This document shows, piece by piece, positions 25,201-37,600 of a stretch of DNA of 64,000 nucleotides; within the stretch, counting starts at the first letter, position 1, and every line of letters begins with the position of its first letter. The stretch is taken from positions 1 through 64,000 of the forward strand of contig NIVC01000672.1 in NCBI GenBank assembly GCA_002269645.1. Direction: 5' to 3'. Source of the stretch: Macrostomum lignano (taxonomy: Eukaryota). A program made the position numbers and the translations under genes. Below the pieces are notes generated by a model. That model ran no database searches and was not told where the DNA came from. It was given only the letters and a program-made list of their open reading frames with translations.

Positions 25201-27480
25201 GCAGGTGTCCGACCTGCTGGCCATGGGCGAGCACGTTGACCTGGTGATTCCGCGCGGCTCCGCCCAGATGATCCGCGACATCCAGCGACAGAGCGTCGGC
25301 ATCCCCGTGCTGGGCCACAGCGACGGAGTCTGCCACGTCTACATTGACGAGCTGGCGGACAGGGACCGGGCCATTCGAATCGGTGAGTCCCTGCTTCAAG
25401 TCTCTGGGGTCTGTGATTGGCTTTGCTGTGGCTTTGCGGTATTGCAGTGCCGCTCCCTGTCTTCCTCCGGACTTCAGCTTTCAACTTGAATCGCCACTGA
25501 ACCGCCATTCAGTGTCTAAGCTATATCTCTACTCGTATTTGCTCTACGCAGTATTACTTAAAGTAGTAGTGGATCTTGACGCATGGATCCCCAATGCCAT
25601 TCCCGCAGTGCTGGACTCCAAGTGCGACTACCCGGCCGCCTGCAACGCCATGGAGACCGTGCTGCTGCACGAGAGCCACCTGAAGAGCGGCTTCTTTGAT
25701 GAGCTGTTCGACGCGCTCAGGTCCCGTGATGTGAGTCTAATTAACTGGTTCTGGCTGATCTTCTTTTGTAGACCATGTACATGCACATAGATAAGAATTT
25801 GTGACTTACACCTGTTTCACCCCCGCCCCCACCTGTCACAGGTGAAGGTGAACACCGGGCCCAGGCTGGCCAAGAAGATTCGCTTCGGCCCGTCGCCGGC
25901 CACCTCGCTGCGCACAGAGTACAGCAGCCTGGAGTGCTGCATCGAGATTGTGTCCGGCGTGGCGGAGGCTGTGGACCACATCAACACCTACGGCAGCCAC
26001 CACACCGACTCCATCGTGTCTGAGAACGGTGAGGGAGTGTGTGAATAGTTTGGTATTGTGTGAATAGCGTGGTATTGTGTGAATAGCGTGGTATTGTGTG
26101 AATTGTGTGAATAATGTTCCTAATGTGTGAATAGTGGGGAATTGTGTGAATAGTGTGGTTAATAAATATGTGAATGGTGTTGTTAATGTGTGAATAATTT
26201 TGTTAATGTGTGAAGTGTGGTTAATAATCTGTGAATAGTTAGAAGTTTTCTGAATTTCATTGTATGTAATGTGATTATCGTAGATTCCTGGACAAAATGT
26301 AAATGTTTTAAGATAGTTCTGAGTGTGTTAGAAATGTTTCAATATCCAAAAATGTATGAATGTCCTATTAAATAAGCAAGCACACGTATTAAGGAGTGTC
26401 AGCGTTTTCAAGATGTGTACATTGCAATAACAAATTTGATTGGAGTGTGCTTCCCGCCTCACCGGCATAATGCCAATTGATGGCCATTGTCACACATTGG
26501 AATGCCAATTGATGGCCATTGTCACACATTGGAATGCCAATTGATGGCCATTGTCACACATTGGAATGCCAATTGAAGGCCATTGTCACACATTGGAATG
26601 CCAATTGATGGCCATTGTCACACATTAGAATTCGATTGATTCTGTCTCCCTGACCCCACCCCCAGAAACCAGCGTCAACACCTTCCTGACCAACGTGGAC
26701 AGCGCCTGTGTCTTCCACAACTGCAGCACCCGCTTCTCCGACGGCTACCGCTTTGGACTGGGTGAGTTGCTATGAGTCAATCCTCTTACCCTTTCCTTCT
26801 TCATCATCTCAACCCTTATCCCTACTCAACCTCCCCATCATCTCAGCCCTTATCCCTGCTCAACCTCCCCATTATCTCAGCCCTTATCCCTACTCAACCT
26901 CCCCATCATCTCAGCCCTTATCCCTACTCAGCCTCCCCATCATCTCAGCCCTTATCCCTACTCAGCCTCCCCATCATCTCAGCCCTTATCCCTACTCAGC
27001 CTCCCCATCATCTGAGCTATTATCCCTGCTCAGCCTCCCCATCATCTCAGCCCTTATTTCTACTCAGCCTCCCCATCATCTCAGCCTTATCCCTACTCAG
27101 CCTCCCCATCATCTCAGCCCTTATCCCTACTCAACCTCCCCATCATCTCAACCCTTATCCCTACTCAGCCTCCCCATCATCTGAGCTATTATCCCTGCTC
27201 AGCCTCCCCATCATCTCAGCCCTTATTTCTACTCAGCCTCCCCATCATCTCAGCCTTATCCCTACTCAGCCTCCCATCATCTCAAGCCGCCTTCCCCCGT
27301 CCCGCAGGCGCCGAGGTGGGCATCAGCACCAGCCGCATCCACGCCCGCGGCCCGGTGGGCGTTGAGGGCCTCCTGACCACCAAGTGGCTGCTGCACGGCA
27401 GCGGCGACACGGTCAGCGACTTCGCCGACGGCACGAAGAAGTTCGTCCACGAGAACCTGCTGAGTGCGGACTCCGCCTGA
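22259..27480 (+). CDS. ALDH18A1: Delta-1-pyrroline-5-carboxylate synthase (glutamate 5-kinase plus gamma-glutamyl phosphate reductase), copy 1, 773 aa
   Basis: Exons 22259-22540, 23047-23523, 23623-23994, 24114-24389, 25046-25382, 25609-25730, 25842-26028, 26666-26761, 27308-27480 (2322 nt). Arg-rich presequence, [65 protein letters not shown]. Confidence 0.95.
22570..22995. repeat. 25-bp minisatellite (GTGTACACCCTCCCAGCCATCAGCT), P5CS-1 intron 1
   Basis: Tandem units seen directly. Confidence 0.93.
24470..25030. repeat. 10-bp minisatellite (ATCTGTAATC/ACCTGTAATC), P5CS-1 intron 4
   Basis: Tandem decamers fill the intron. Confidence 0.95.
26470..26630. repeat. 32-bp minisatellite (ATGCCAATTGATGGCCATTGTCACACATTGGA), about 5 copies
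   Basis: Contiguous tandem copies without spacers, P5CS-1 intron 7. Confidence 0.9.
26800..27285. repeat. About 32-bp C/T-rich minisatellite (CTCAGCCTCCCCATCATCTCAGCCCTTATCCCTA), P5CS-1 intron 8
   Basis: Same unit recurs at 38335-38550 in the equivalent intron of copy 2. Confidence 0.92.
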
Positions 27481-28124
27481 GCCGCTGGGCCAATCAACCG
27501 ACCTTTAGATTAACTTTAGATTAGCACAGCCATAATTAGTGTCCAGGTGTTCCATGCTAGCATTTCGGCCTGTCCAACTGTGTACATGCCGGACGGCGAA
27601 TCCATCGGGCCAGTCAGCGATGCCAATCCTTCACTATGACTTCCAGTTTATTTACAATACCGCACAGGTTTTTTTAATCCCAGAGCTCCCAGCCAGGACT
27701 GTCTGCTTAGCGTTTACAATGTGATAATTCTGGGCATTCCTCGTACCTGCAATGGTTGCTGTTTTACATTATTATGACAATTTTTACATCAATTTGGTAA
27801 AGGCAATATTTGAGCAATATTTTCAGCATGATAGTATATATTGGTAAAGGCAATATTTAAGCAATATTTTCCGCATAATAGTATATTTTTTTATCCGCAA
27901 TTTTGAACAAACTATTCCATGACTTAAAATTCTGATTTTAACAAAATAAACTGCCAATATCTTTGCTTTTACCTTTGTATTGACTTTTGCTTCTTTATGT
28001 AGAAAATACCGCTGTGCTTGCTTCTCTTTTTGGTTCATTCCGCCGGAAGTACCGTAGTAACTAGGGACCCTTGGTGACAGCTGCTGTAGGCATTCAACTC
28101 ATGCGATTCACCCACGTGCATCCT

Positions 28125-28440
28125 TAGCTGCTGTCACCTGCCCTTAGCTGCTCTGCTGCCTGCCCTTAGCTGCTCTACCACCTGCCCTTAGCTGCTCTAC
28201 CACCTGCCCTTAGCTGCTCTGCCACCTGCCCTTAGCTGCTCTGCCACCTGCCCTTAGCTGCTCTGCCACCTGCCCTTAGCTGCTCTGCCACCTGCCCTTA
28301 GCTGCTCTGCCACCTGCCCTTAGCTGCTCTGCCACCTGCCCTTAGCTGCTCTGCCACCTGCCCTTAGCTGCTCTGCCACCTGCCCTTAGCTCTAGCTGCT
28401 CTGCCACCTGCTCTGCCACATGCCCTTAGCTGCTCTGCTG
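28125..28440. repeat. 22-bp minisatellite (TGCCCTTAGCTGCTCTGCCACC)
   Basis: About 13 tandem copies between the two P5CS genes. Confidence 0.93.
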
Positions 28441-28658
28441 CCTTTCAAAACTTAATACCCTAGAGATTTGGCCAACCCCTTCCCATTAATCCCATTGTCA
28501 TTGACATTGTCAAAATAACTCACAAAAAAGTACAAATGCACTTAATCAAGCCAGGCTTCGGTTATCTCCGAAAACCCAGAGTTCTCTAAGCAATATTGCT
28601 TCACGGGCTAAATACATACGTTAGAATACGTAACCGCATTCAGCTTCATCGCTCGGGG

Positions 28659-31600
28659 ATGCTGGCCCGCCTGCGGATGCTCGCCCTGCCGCGCCAGGCC
28701 TCCTGCTGTCTGGCCTCTGTTCAGCGCTGCCGCCTGCGGCACTCGCTCTCGGGCCGCTCCACCATTGCTCCGTTCTCCGCTGTGCCGGCTGCCTTGGCCG
28801 TCGCCACGCAGCCGCCCAAGTCTCGGCAGGACTTGAAATACGCCGAGCACGTGGTGGTGAAGCTGGGCAGCGCCGTCATCACCCGAGCCGATGAGTGCGG
28901 ACTGGCGCTGGGCCGCCTCGCCTCCATTGTGGAGCAGATCTCCGACCTGTGTCTGCAGGTGAGCACCGGTGTTGGTGCTTGCACAATTCATCTCACCCTT
29001 TTCATCTAGTCTTCTATCTTGTAAACCAGTCCTCTATCTTGTACACCTGGTCCTCTATCTTGTACACCAGTCCTCTATCTTGTACACCTGGTCCTCTATC
29101 TTGTACACCTGGTCCTCTATCTTGTACACCTAGTATTTTATCTTGTACACCTATTCCTCTATCTTGTACACCTGGTCCTCTCTCCTGTACGCCCAATTTC
29201 CCCGACCTTTTCAATCAGTCACCGTCACCCATGAAATTTTTCAACAGGGCCGTCACTGCGTGCTGGTCACCAGCGGCGCGGTGGCCTTCGGCAAGCAGAA
29301 GCTCCGCCAGCAGCAGATGATGAGCATGAGCATCGGCGAGACGCTATCAGCCGACGTGAACTCGCGCCGGAAGGCCTTTCAAAGCCAGATCGACCCCAGG
29401 GCCTGCGCCGCCACCGGCATGTCCGGCCTCATGGCGCTGTACGAAGCGCTGTTCATGCAGTACGGCATCCAGACCGCCGAGATCCTGCTCACCAAGCCCG
29501 ACTTCGAGGACGCCAACTCGCGGGCCAACCTGCGGAGCACCCTGGCTGAGCTGCTTCGGTTGAACATCGTCCCCATCGTCAACACCAACGACGCGGTGGC
29601 GCCGCCGCCAAGCCAGGACTCGGACCTGCAGGGCGTGCTGAGCATCCAAGACAACGACTCGCTGGCAGCCCGGCTGGCTGTGGAAGTCAACGCCGACCTG
29701 CTGATCATCATGAGCGATGTCAAGGTGAGTCATGAATCTCACTGTTGGTAAGGTCTTATGTAGCATTTGCGCATCTGCCTACTCTAAGTAGAAATGTCAG
29801 TGTTTTAGTTAGTGATTTCACCCAATTTAACAATCCCAATCAGTGCCTATTCTCAAGCACCTCAGATATACCTGAGAATACTGCTTTGATTGAGCTCTGC
29901 TCTGCCATCCGCCCTTAGCTGCTCAGTGTTAGCACTGTGATGAACTTTTATTTATTAGAGAATGCACTTTGCTTAGTAGCCGTCAACGGCTGAGAATCCT
30001 ATTGATGTCTATGGACATTTGTACAGTTCAATTCGGTGGCTTAAAGAGTTGCCAAAATATGATTGAAAAGACCAAGTGTCTGCAGAGTTAAGCTAAAGGC
30101 TGAGACTCGATCAATTTTCTTACTCGTCCCAAAAAACGAACACTGGCGACGACGGCTGGTCTTATCGAGCCTCTGGAGACAGAAACCCCAGCGGAAATTG
30201 AGCGCTGGTTCCAACGCTTCGAAGCAGTTTCCAAGCTGAACAAGTGGGATGACACCGCTCAAAAGTTCGCCCTCATCGCACACCTCGGCAAGAAGGCCTT
30301 CGCACTGTTGGCGGATGCGCTATTGCCAGATAAGCCTGACGCCAAGACCTACGCTGATCTGAAAACTCAGCTGATCAAGGAGACGAAAGCGGCGAAATCC
30401 GAGATTGCATACCGGTACGCGTTCCATCACCTCAAGCAGGACGACGGCGAAGACGTTTCTGCCTACGCAAGAAGGCTGCGACTGGGTTCGGAGAACTGCG
30501 GCTTTTCAACCGCCGAACTGAATGGCCGCCTGCGGGACCAATTTATCTTCGGACTGTCGAACAAGGAGATCGTCAGAAAGTTGCTCACGGAGAAACTGAA
30601 AGATCTGACGTGGGAAAAAGTAACTACGGTGGCCAATGCATGCGAGGCCGTAAGTCGCGGCGAGAGACAAATCTCAGGAGGCGAAATTCTACATGTCAAG
30701 ACAGATCCTCCTTCGACATCGAAAGCCCAGAAGCCAGCGTACCAGAAAAGCGACCAGAAGAACGGCCAATTGCGCCAAGTCAAGTGCTTCTGCTGCGGCA
30801 AGGAAGGACATACAAAGGACCAGTGCCACCACCGGACTAAGACATGCCTTCAGTGTGGTAAGGTTGGTCATCTCAAAGCAGTTTGCAGGTGCGGACCGAA
30901 CAAAGGTGGACAACGGCCTTCAACGAGCAACAAATGGTCACAAGGAGGCGGACGGCATCCAAGGAGCAGAGTCAGAGCAATCGACGATGCAGCTGATCAA
31001 GTCGGGCACATTTTCTCGATGATGACGCCGGAAGATGGTCGTGGAAGCAGAAGGATAACGCGACATGTAGTAGTCAATGGTACGAAAATCAAGATGCTAC
31101 TGGACACCGGGTCGTGCTCAACGTTCGTGTCAAGCTCGGTGTTTCAAAGCCTACTCGAACCAGCAAATGTAAGGCCCACAAGCAGACGATTCGCTGCGTA
31201 TCAAGGGGATCCAGTGCTAGTGAAAGGCGAAGCTATTGTGAACGCCAAGCTAAACTCAGTAAGTTACGACCTAACTCTGTTTGTGGTGGACAACCCAAAA
31301 GCCGAATCTATCTATGGCCTAGATTGGATTGCTGCCCTTGAGCCAGACCTCTACACTTTTATTACAAAATGTACGGTGCCTGAGGAAGACGGCTCGAATC
31401 CTACAACGGCGTGCTCTGTAAAAAGATTTTCTGTATCATTGGTCATTGAGGCGGGAGCAAAGCCCATTTTTTTAAACCTCGGCAAATTCCATACGGGATT
31501 CAGGACGATGTCAAGGCCGAGTTGAAGAGAATGGAAGAGGCTGGACAGCTCTAGAAGGTGGAATCCAGCGAGTGGGCTACACCCAATGTCTGTGTTTGAA

Positions 31601-34600
31601 AGCAGTCTGGAAAGGTTCGGATTTGTCGTGACTACAAAGTTACCCTCAACCTACTGCTGAAAGACATGGTGTCAACAACGCCCACAATTGACGAAGTTCT
31701 GTCAAAACTAGGCCGTGCCCGCCGATTCTCTACGTTGGACCTATCAAATGCGTACCTCCAAGTACCGGTGGATGAAGACAGCAGCGTGATGCTGACGTGG
31801 AGCACTCCGTTCGGCTTATACAGGCCCACTGCATTGGCATATGGAGTAAAGCAAGCACCAGCAATTTTTCAGTCATTCATGGACAGGTTGCTTATAAACA
31901 TAGAAGGTGTCATTTCCTACCAAGATGACGACATTCTTGTGTGGGGTTTCAACCAACAGAGTCATGACAACCGACTGTCAAATGTGCTTCGAATTTTAAA
32001 GGAGAGTGGACTAAGCATTAACGAGGAAAAATGACTTTTAACAAGCCATCTATCATGTTCCTGGGATATGAGATCAGTGAAAACGGCATTCGTCCACCAC
32101 CAAAGAAAGCCAAGGAGATTGCAGGATTAGAAGAGCCAAAGAATCTCAAGCAGCTGCAGTCATTTATCGGGATGGTCGATTTCTACGGACGGTGTATCAA
32201 GAATCTCGCGAGCCTGAAAGAACCTCTAACGAAACTGACCAGGTCAGGAACGAAGTGGGCATGGGGCCCAATCAAGCAGAGAGCCTTTCAGAGCATCAAG
32301 GACGAACTACACAATGCAGTCGCTCTCAAGCCTTTTGATCCCTCAGATAAGATCGTTCTCACTACTGACGCGTCACCATCGGGACTTGGTGCAGTCCTCG
32401 AGTAGTCGTCCGGGCCCGTAATATTCATTTCAGACTCTAACTCAAGCAGAGCGCAACTATGCTCAAATTTAACGCGAGGCCCTCGCCATTGTATGGGCTG
32501 TGAAGCGCTTACACAAGTATTTGCTGGGACACAAGTTCGTCATTCGCACAGACCACCAACCGTTAAAGTTCATCTTTGATCCTTGCAGATCCTTGTCAAC
32601 TGTTGCTGCAGCGAGAGTGCAACGCTGGGCAATCACTTTGATGAGCTACGAATACGCCATTGAGTGCAAGAGATCTGCTGAGATTCCCGTGGCCGATGCC
32701 CTGTCAAGACTGCAGAACAGCACGTCTGAAGGGGAGCAGTTTGACATTAGCTCAGTGCAGGACTGCCTACTAGATTTTCCAATCAACAAGGAGCGTTTGA
32801 GAAGACAATCGAAAGAGGATTCAGAGCTCCGGAAGTTATTCTTGCTGGTCAAGAGTTCACATGGACTACGCAGGGCCTATGAAGGGAGGAAACTACATGT
32901 TGGTACTGATTGATGCGTTCAGTAAATGGGCTGAAGTTCACGTGACTAAGGGAACCACTTCATCTGAGACAATCAAGCGACTGCGAAGAACGTTCACCCA
33001 AGAAGGCGTGCCCGTGACTATTGTTTCCGACAATGGACCTCAATTTGTATCGAAAGAAATGCAAGGTTGGTTAAAAGGAATCAACTGCCCACATGTTCTC
33101 ACACCACCGTATCATCCAAGGTCAAATGGACTGGCCGAGCGCTTTGTGAGAGATTTAAAAAATCACGTCCGAGCCGCTGAAGAAGACGAAGAAGTCCGGT
33201 TTCTGCTTCAATACCGGAACGCGAAACATTCTACGACCGGAAAATCGCCCTCTGAGCTGATGAGAGGTCACCTACTTCGCACCCCTGTATTTTCTCTGGC
33301 ACGTGAGCCAGTCTAGGTGAAAACCTACAACAACGAGATGACAAAGTGGAAGTCTGGCGAAGTGGTGGCAACAGAGGGAAAGGTTGTGGTCGACGTTGAG
33401 CTGGAGGACGGAAGGCGTGGACGCTACCATCGTGAACAGACAAAGCCAAGGAGTTCCGGTTCCGATGACCTGGTGGAGATGGAGACTGAAGAACATGTGC
33501 ACACGGATCAAGAGTCTGGTCTTCGGAGAAGTAATCGCCATCGGCAAGTACCAAGGCGACTTGAGTACCGCAAGCTTGGTGTACCTACCTAGCTGTTAAC
33601 TAATGGGAAGGAGTGTTAGCACTGTGATGAACTTTTATTTATTAGAGAATGCACTTTGCTTAGTAGCCGTCAACGGCTGAGAATCCTATTGATGTCTATG
33701 GACATTTGTACAGTTCAATTCGGTGGCTTAAAGAGTTACCAAAATATAATTGAAAAGACCAAGTGTCTGCAGAGTTAAGCTAAAGGCTGAGACTCGATCA
33801 ATTTTCTTACTCGTCCCAAAAAACGAACACTCAGCTACCCACTATTAGCTACTCAGCTACCCCTATCCGACTCCCATTTCCGCAGGGCCTGTACACCTCG
33901 CCGCCAGACCGCGAGGACTCCCGCCTGCTGTACACCTTCAATCCGGACTTCGACGGCGCCAGGCTGCAGTTCGGCAGCAAGTCCCGGGTCGGGACGGGCG
34001 GCATGGAGTCCAAGGTGAAGGCCGCCCAGTGGGCCGTCCGCAAGGGCACCTCTGTGGTCATCTGCGAGGGCACGGAGGAAAATGTCATCCCCAGCGTGCT
34101 GGAAGGCAAGAAGGTCGGCACCTTCTTCACTCTGGCGCCACCCGAGGGCGTCGGCGTGGAGCAGCAGGCGTGGGAGGCGCGGTGCGCCAGTCATCAGCTG
34201 CAGGCCATGCCAGCCGATGTCCGGGCCAGCATCATCAGGAAGCTGGCCGACCTGCTGGTAAGTTAAAGCAGTCGTCTGGCATTCCCTTAAGCTGCTGGCC
34301 TTTCAGCTAGAAACCCCCCCCCATGCCACTTTGCAGATCGAGCAGCAGGCGGACATCCTGCTGGCCAACAATCAGGATCTGAGCAGCGCTGCCGACCTCA
34401 GCCCGCACCTGCTGGCTAGGCTGAAGCTCACGCCTGAGAAGCTGCAGGTGCTGGCCGACGGGCTGCGGCAGATCGCCGACTCCTGCCCCGGCCTGCTGGG
34501 CCGCGTGCTGCGCCGCACCAAACTGGCCGAGGGGCTCAAGCTGGAGCAGGTGACCGTGCCGATCGGAGTGCTGCTGGTCATCTTCGAGTCCAGGCCCGAC

Positions 34601-37600
34601 TGCCTGCCGCAGGTAGCTGAGATGGGGTTTAGCGGGTAGCTGAGCTGGGGGTTCAGCGGGTAGCTGAGCTGGGGGGGTTCAGCGAGTAGCTGAGCTGGGG
34701 GGTTCAGCGAGTAGCTGAGCTGGGGGTTCAGCGAGTAGCTGAGCTGGGGGGTTCAGCGAGTAGCTGAGCTGGGGGGTTCAGCGAGTAGCTGAGCTGGGGG
34801 GTTCAGCGAGTAGCTGAGCTGGGGGGTTCAGCGGGTAGCTGAGCTGGGGGTTCAGCGAGTAGCTGAGCTGGGAGGTTCAGCGAGTAGCTGAGTTGGGGGG
34901 TTCAGCGGATAGCTGAGCTGGGGGGGTTCAGCGGGTAGCTGAGCTGGGGGGTTCAGCGGGTAGCTGAGCTGGGGTTCAGCGGGTAGCTGAGCTGGGGGGT
35001 TCAGCGGGTAGCTGAGCTGGGGGGTTCAGCGGGTAGCTGAGCTGGGGGGGGGGTTCAGCGGGTAGCTGAGCTGGGGGGGGGGGTTCAGCGGGTAGCTGAG
35101 CTGGGGGGGGGGGGGGTTCAGCGGGTAGCTGAGCTGGGGGTTCAGCTGGTAGCTGAGCTGGGGGGGTTCAGCTGGTAGCTGAGCTGGGGGGTTCAGCTGG
35201 TAGCTGAGCTGGGGGGTTCAGCGGGTAGCTGAGCTGGGGGGTTCAGCGAGTAGCTGACTTAAGGTTCATAGCAACCATTTGCTCGCAATCAATTCTGCCT
35301 ACTATCAGTAGTACATCCGACTGATTTCAGTATAATTTTTGTTTCATTTTAGCTCAGCTTGTTTCACCTTATTTTATCTTCGCCCTTTAATGCACCGCTT
35401 GAGTCACGTCATGAATTTTTAGCTATTGTGTCAAGACTTTTTAAAAGCCTCGCTTTGTCACGTAGGTCTTCAAGTATTTACGAAAAAATTTTAATTAGTA
35501 ACTGTGCATTTAAAACCGTCTTCGACTGGCCGAGTTTACCGCGTTGACTCGTACAAGATAGAGAACAAGGTGTACAAGAGACAAGAGGCAGGAGACTAGG
35601 TACTCCAGCTTGTGCGCTCCCCCCCCGTCCCCCAATCCGCCAGGTGGCCGCCCTCAGCATCGCCAGCGGCAACGGCCTGCTGCTCAAGGGCGGCAGCGAG
35701 GCCCAGCAGACGAACGGCGCCCTGCACCGCCTGGTGGAGGAGGCGGTCCGCGCCCACGGCCTGAGTCCCCGCCTGGTCGGGCTGGTGGGCGGCCGGGAGC
35801 AGGTGTCCGACCTGCTGGCCATGGGCGAGCACGTTGACCTGGTGATTCCGCGCGGCTCCGCCCAGATGATCCGCGACATCCAGCGGCAGAGCGTGGGCAT
35901 CCCCGTGCTGGGCCACAGCGACGGAGTCTGCCACGTCTACATCGACGAGCTGGCGGACAAGGAGAAGGCGCTCCGAGTTGGTGAGTTTTTCACCGCTGCG
36001 GAATTTCCTGTGGAATGTGACTCGGGTTATTTTTAGTCCTTACAGCACCCCGGCCCACACAAACAATTTGTTTGTACCAAAAATGCACCAATTTTCCAGC
36101 CCACGCGGCTGTTTGGCATTCGGTTTAGTTAGTAGTTGGTGCACTCGCACTCAGCGAGAACCCCTTGGCACTCACGCCCACGCATCTAATTGGATAGTTG
36201 CGCCCAGCTCATACAGGTGTACAGTGGCCGCGAGGAATTAAACCTGGGTACTTAGCCCTCTAGCATTTATGAGATTCGTAACATTACTTGGCGTCATTGG
36301 CCATTCCCGCAGTGCTGGACTCCAAGTGCGACTACCCGGCAGCGTGCAACGCCATGGAGACCGTGCTGCTGCACGAGAGCCACCTGAAGAGCGGCTTCTT
36401 TGATGAGCTGTTCGACGCGCTCAGGTCTCGTGATGTGAGAGTTGCCCGAGCTCTGGTTGCTATGGCCTGAGATTTATTGCTGTCCTACCTGCTGCCTCTG
36501 TCTCATCCCCCTCCCTTAATCCCACATTCCCAACCCTCCGCCCCACATTCCCCACCCTCCACCCCACATTCCCAACCCTCCAATCCGCATTCCCCACCCT
36601 CCCTCCACTTTCCCCACCCTCCCTCCACTTTCCCCACCCTCTCCACCCCACTTTCCCCACCCTCTTCACCCCACATTCCCCACCCTCTTCACCCCACATT
36701 CCCCACCCTCCAATCCGCATTCCCCACTCTCCCTCCACTTTCCCCACCCTCCCTCCACTTTCCCCACCCTCTCCACCCCACATTCCCCACCCTCCACCCC
36801 ACTTCCCCACATCCTATATTTTAATAACCATCAAGAAGTAAAATTGGAGCTCCCAGGAGAGCGAATTACAATGCATAATTCATGGAGGGTTGGTTTACTG
36901 CTGACTAAAGTGCATCCTTGATGCTGAAGTCTTGACAAACTCTAAGTTATAAAACTGTCTGCATTCAGGATGTAAATTATCAAGCGCTTTAGGGCAGCCA
37001 GCAGACCAGATGTTTATCCGTTTCTTATCATGGTTTTAGCCACTCACCGCTTACAAGGATCAGTGATGTCACACCTGAATATAGAACAGGGATCCGTGCT
37101 TATCCTGGCTCAACATCTCTGATTCAGTTGGCGTATTGGCGGATCGCTCAGACACCTGTTTCACCCCCCGCCCCCACCTGTCACAGGTGAAGGTTAACAC
37201 CGGGCCCAGGCTGGCCAAGAAGATCCGCTTCGGCCCGTCGCCGGCCGTCTCGCTGCGCACGGAGTACAGCAGCCTGGAGTGCTGCATCGAGATCGTGTCC
37301 GGCGTGGCGGAGGCTGTGGACCACATCAACACCTACGGCAGCCACCACACCGACTCCATCGTGTCTGAGAACGGTGAGGGAGTGTGTGAATAGTGTGGTT
37401 AATGTGTGAATAGTGTGGTTAATGTGTGAATAGCGTGGTATTGTGTGAATAGTGTGGTATTGTGTGAATAGTGTGCTTAATGTGTGAATAATTTGATTAA
37501 TGTGTGAATAGTGTGGTATTGTGTGAATAGTGTGCTTAATGTGTGAATAATTTGATTATTGTGTGAATAGTGTGGTATTGTGTGAATAGTGTGCTTAATG

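Noticed and set aside
27714-28038. Minus-strand mini-gene MNQKEKQAQR|YEECPELSHCKR using a plausible GT-AG intron
   Set aside because: The product is only 22 aa with no recognisable motif; the splice sites could be chance.
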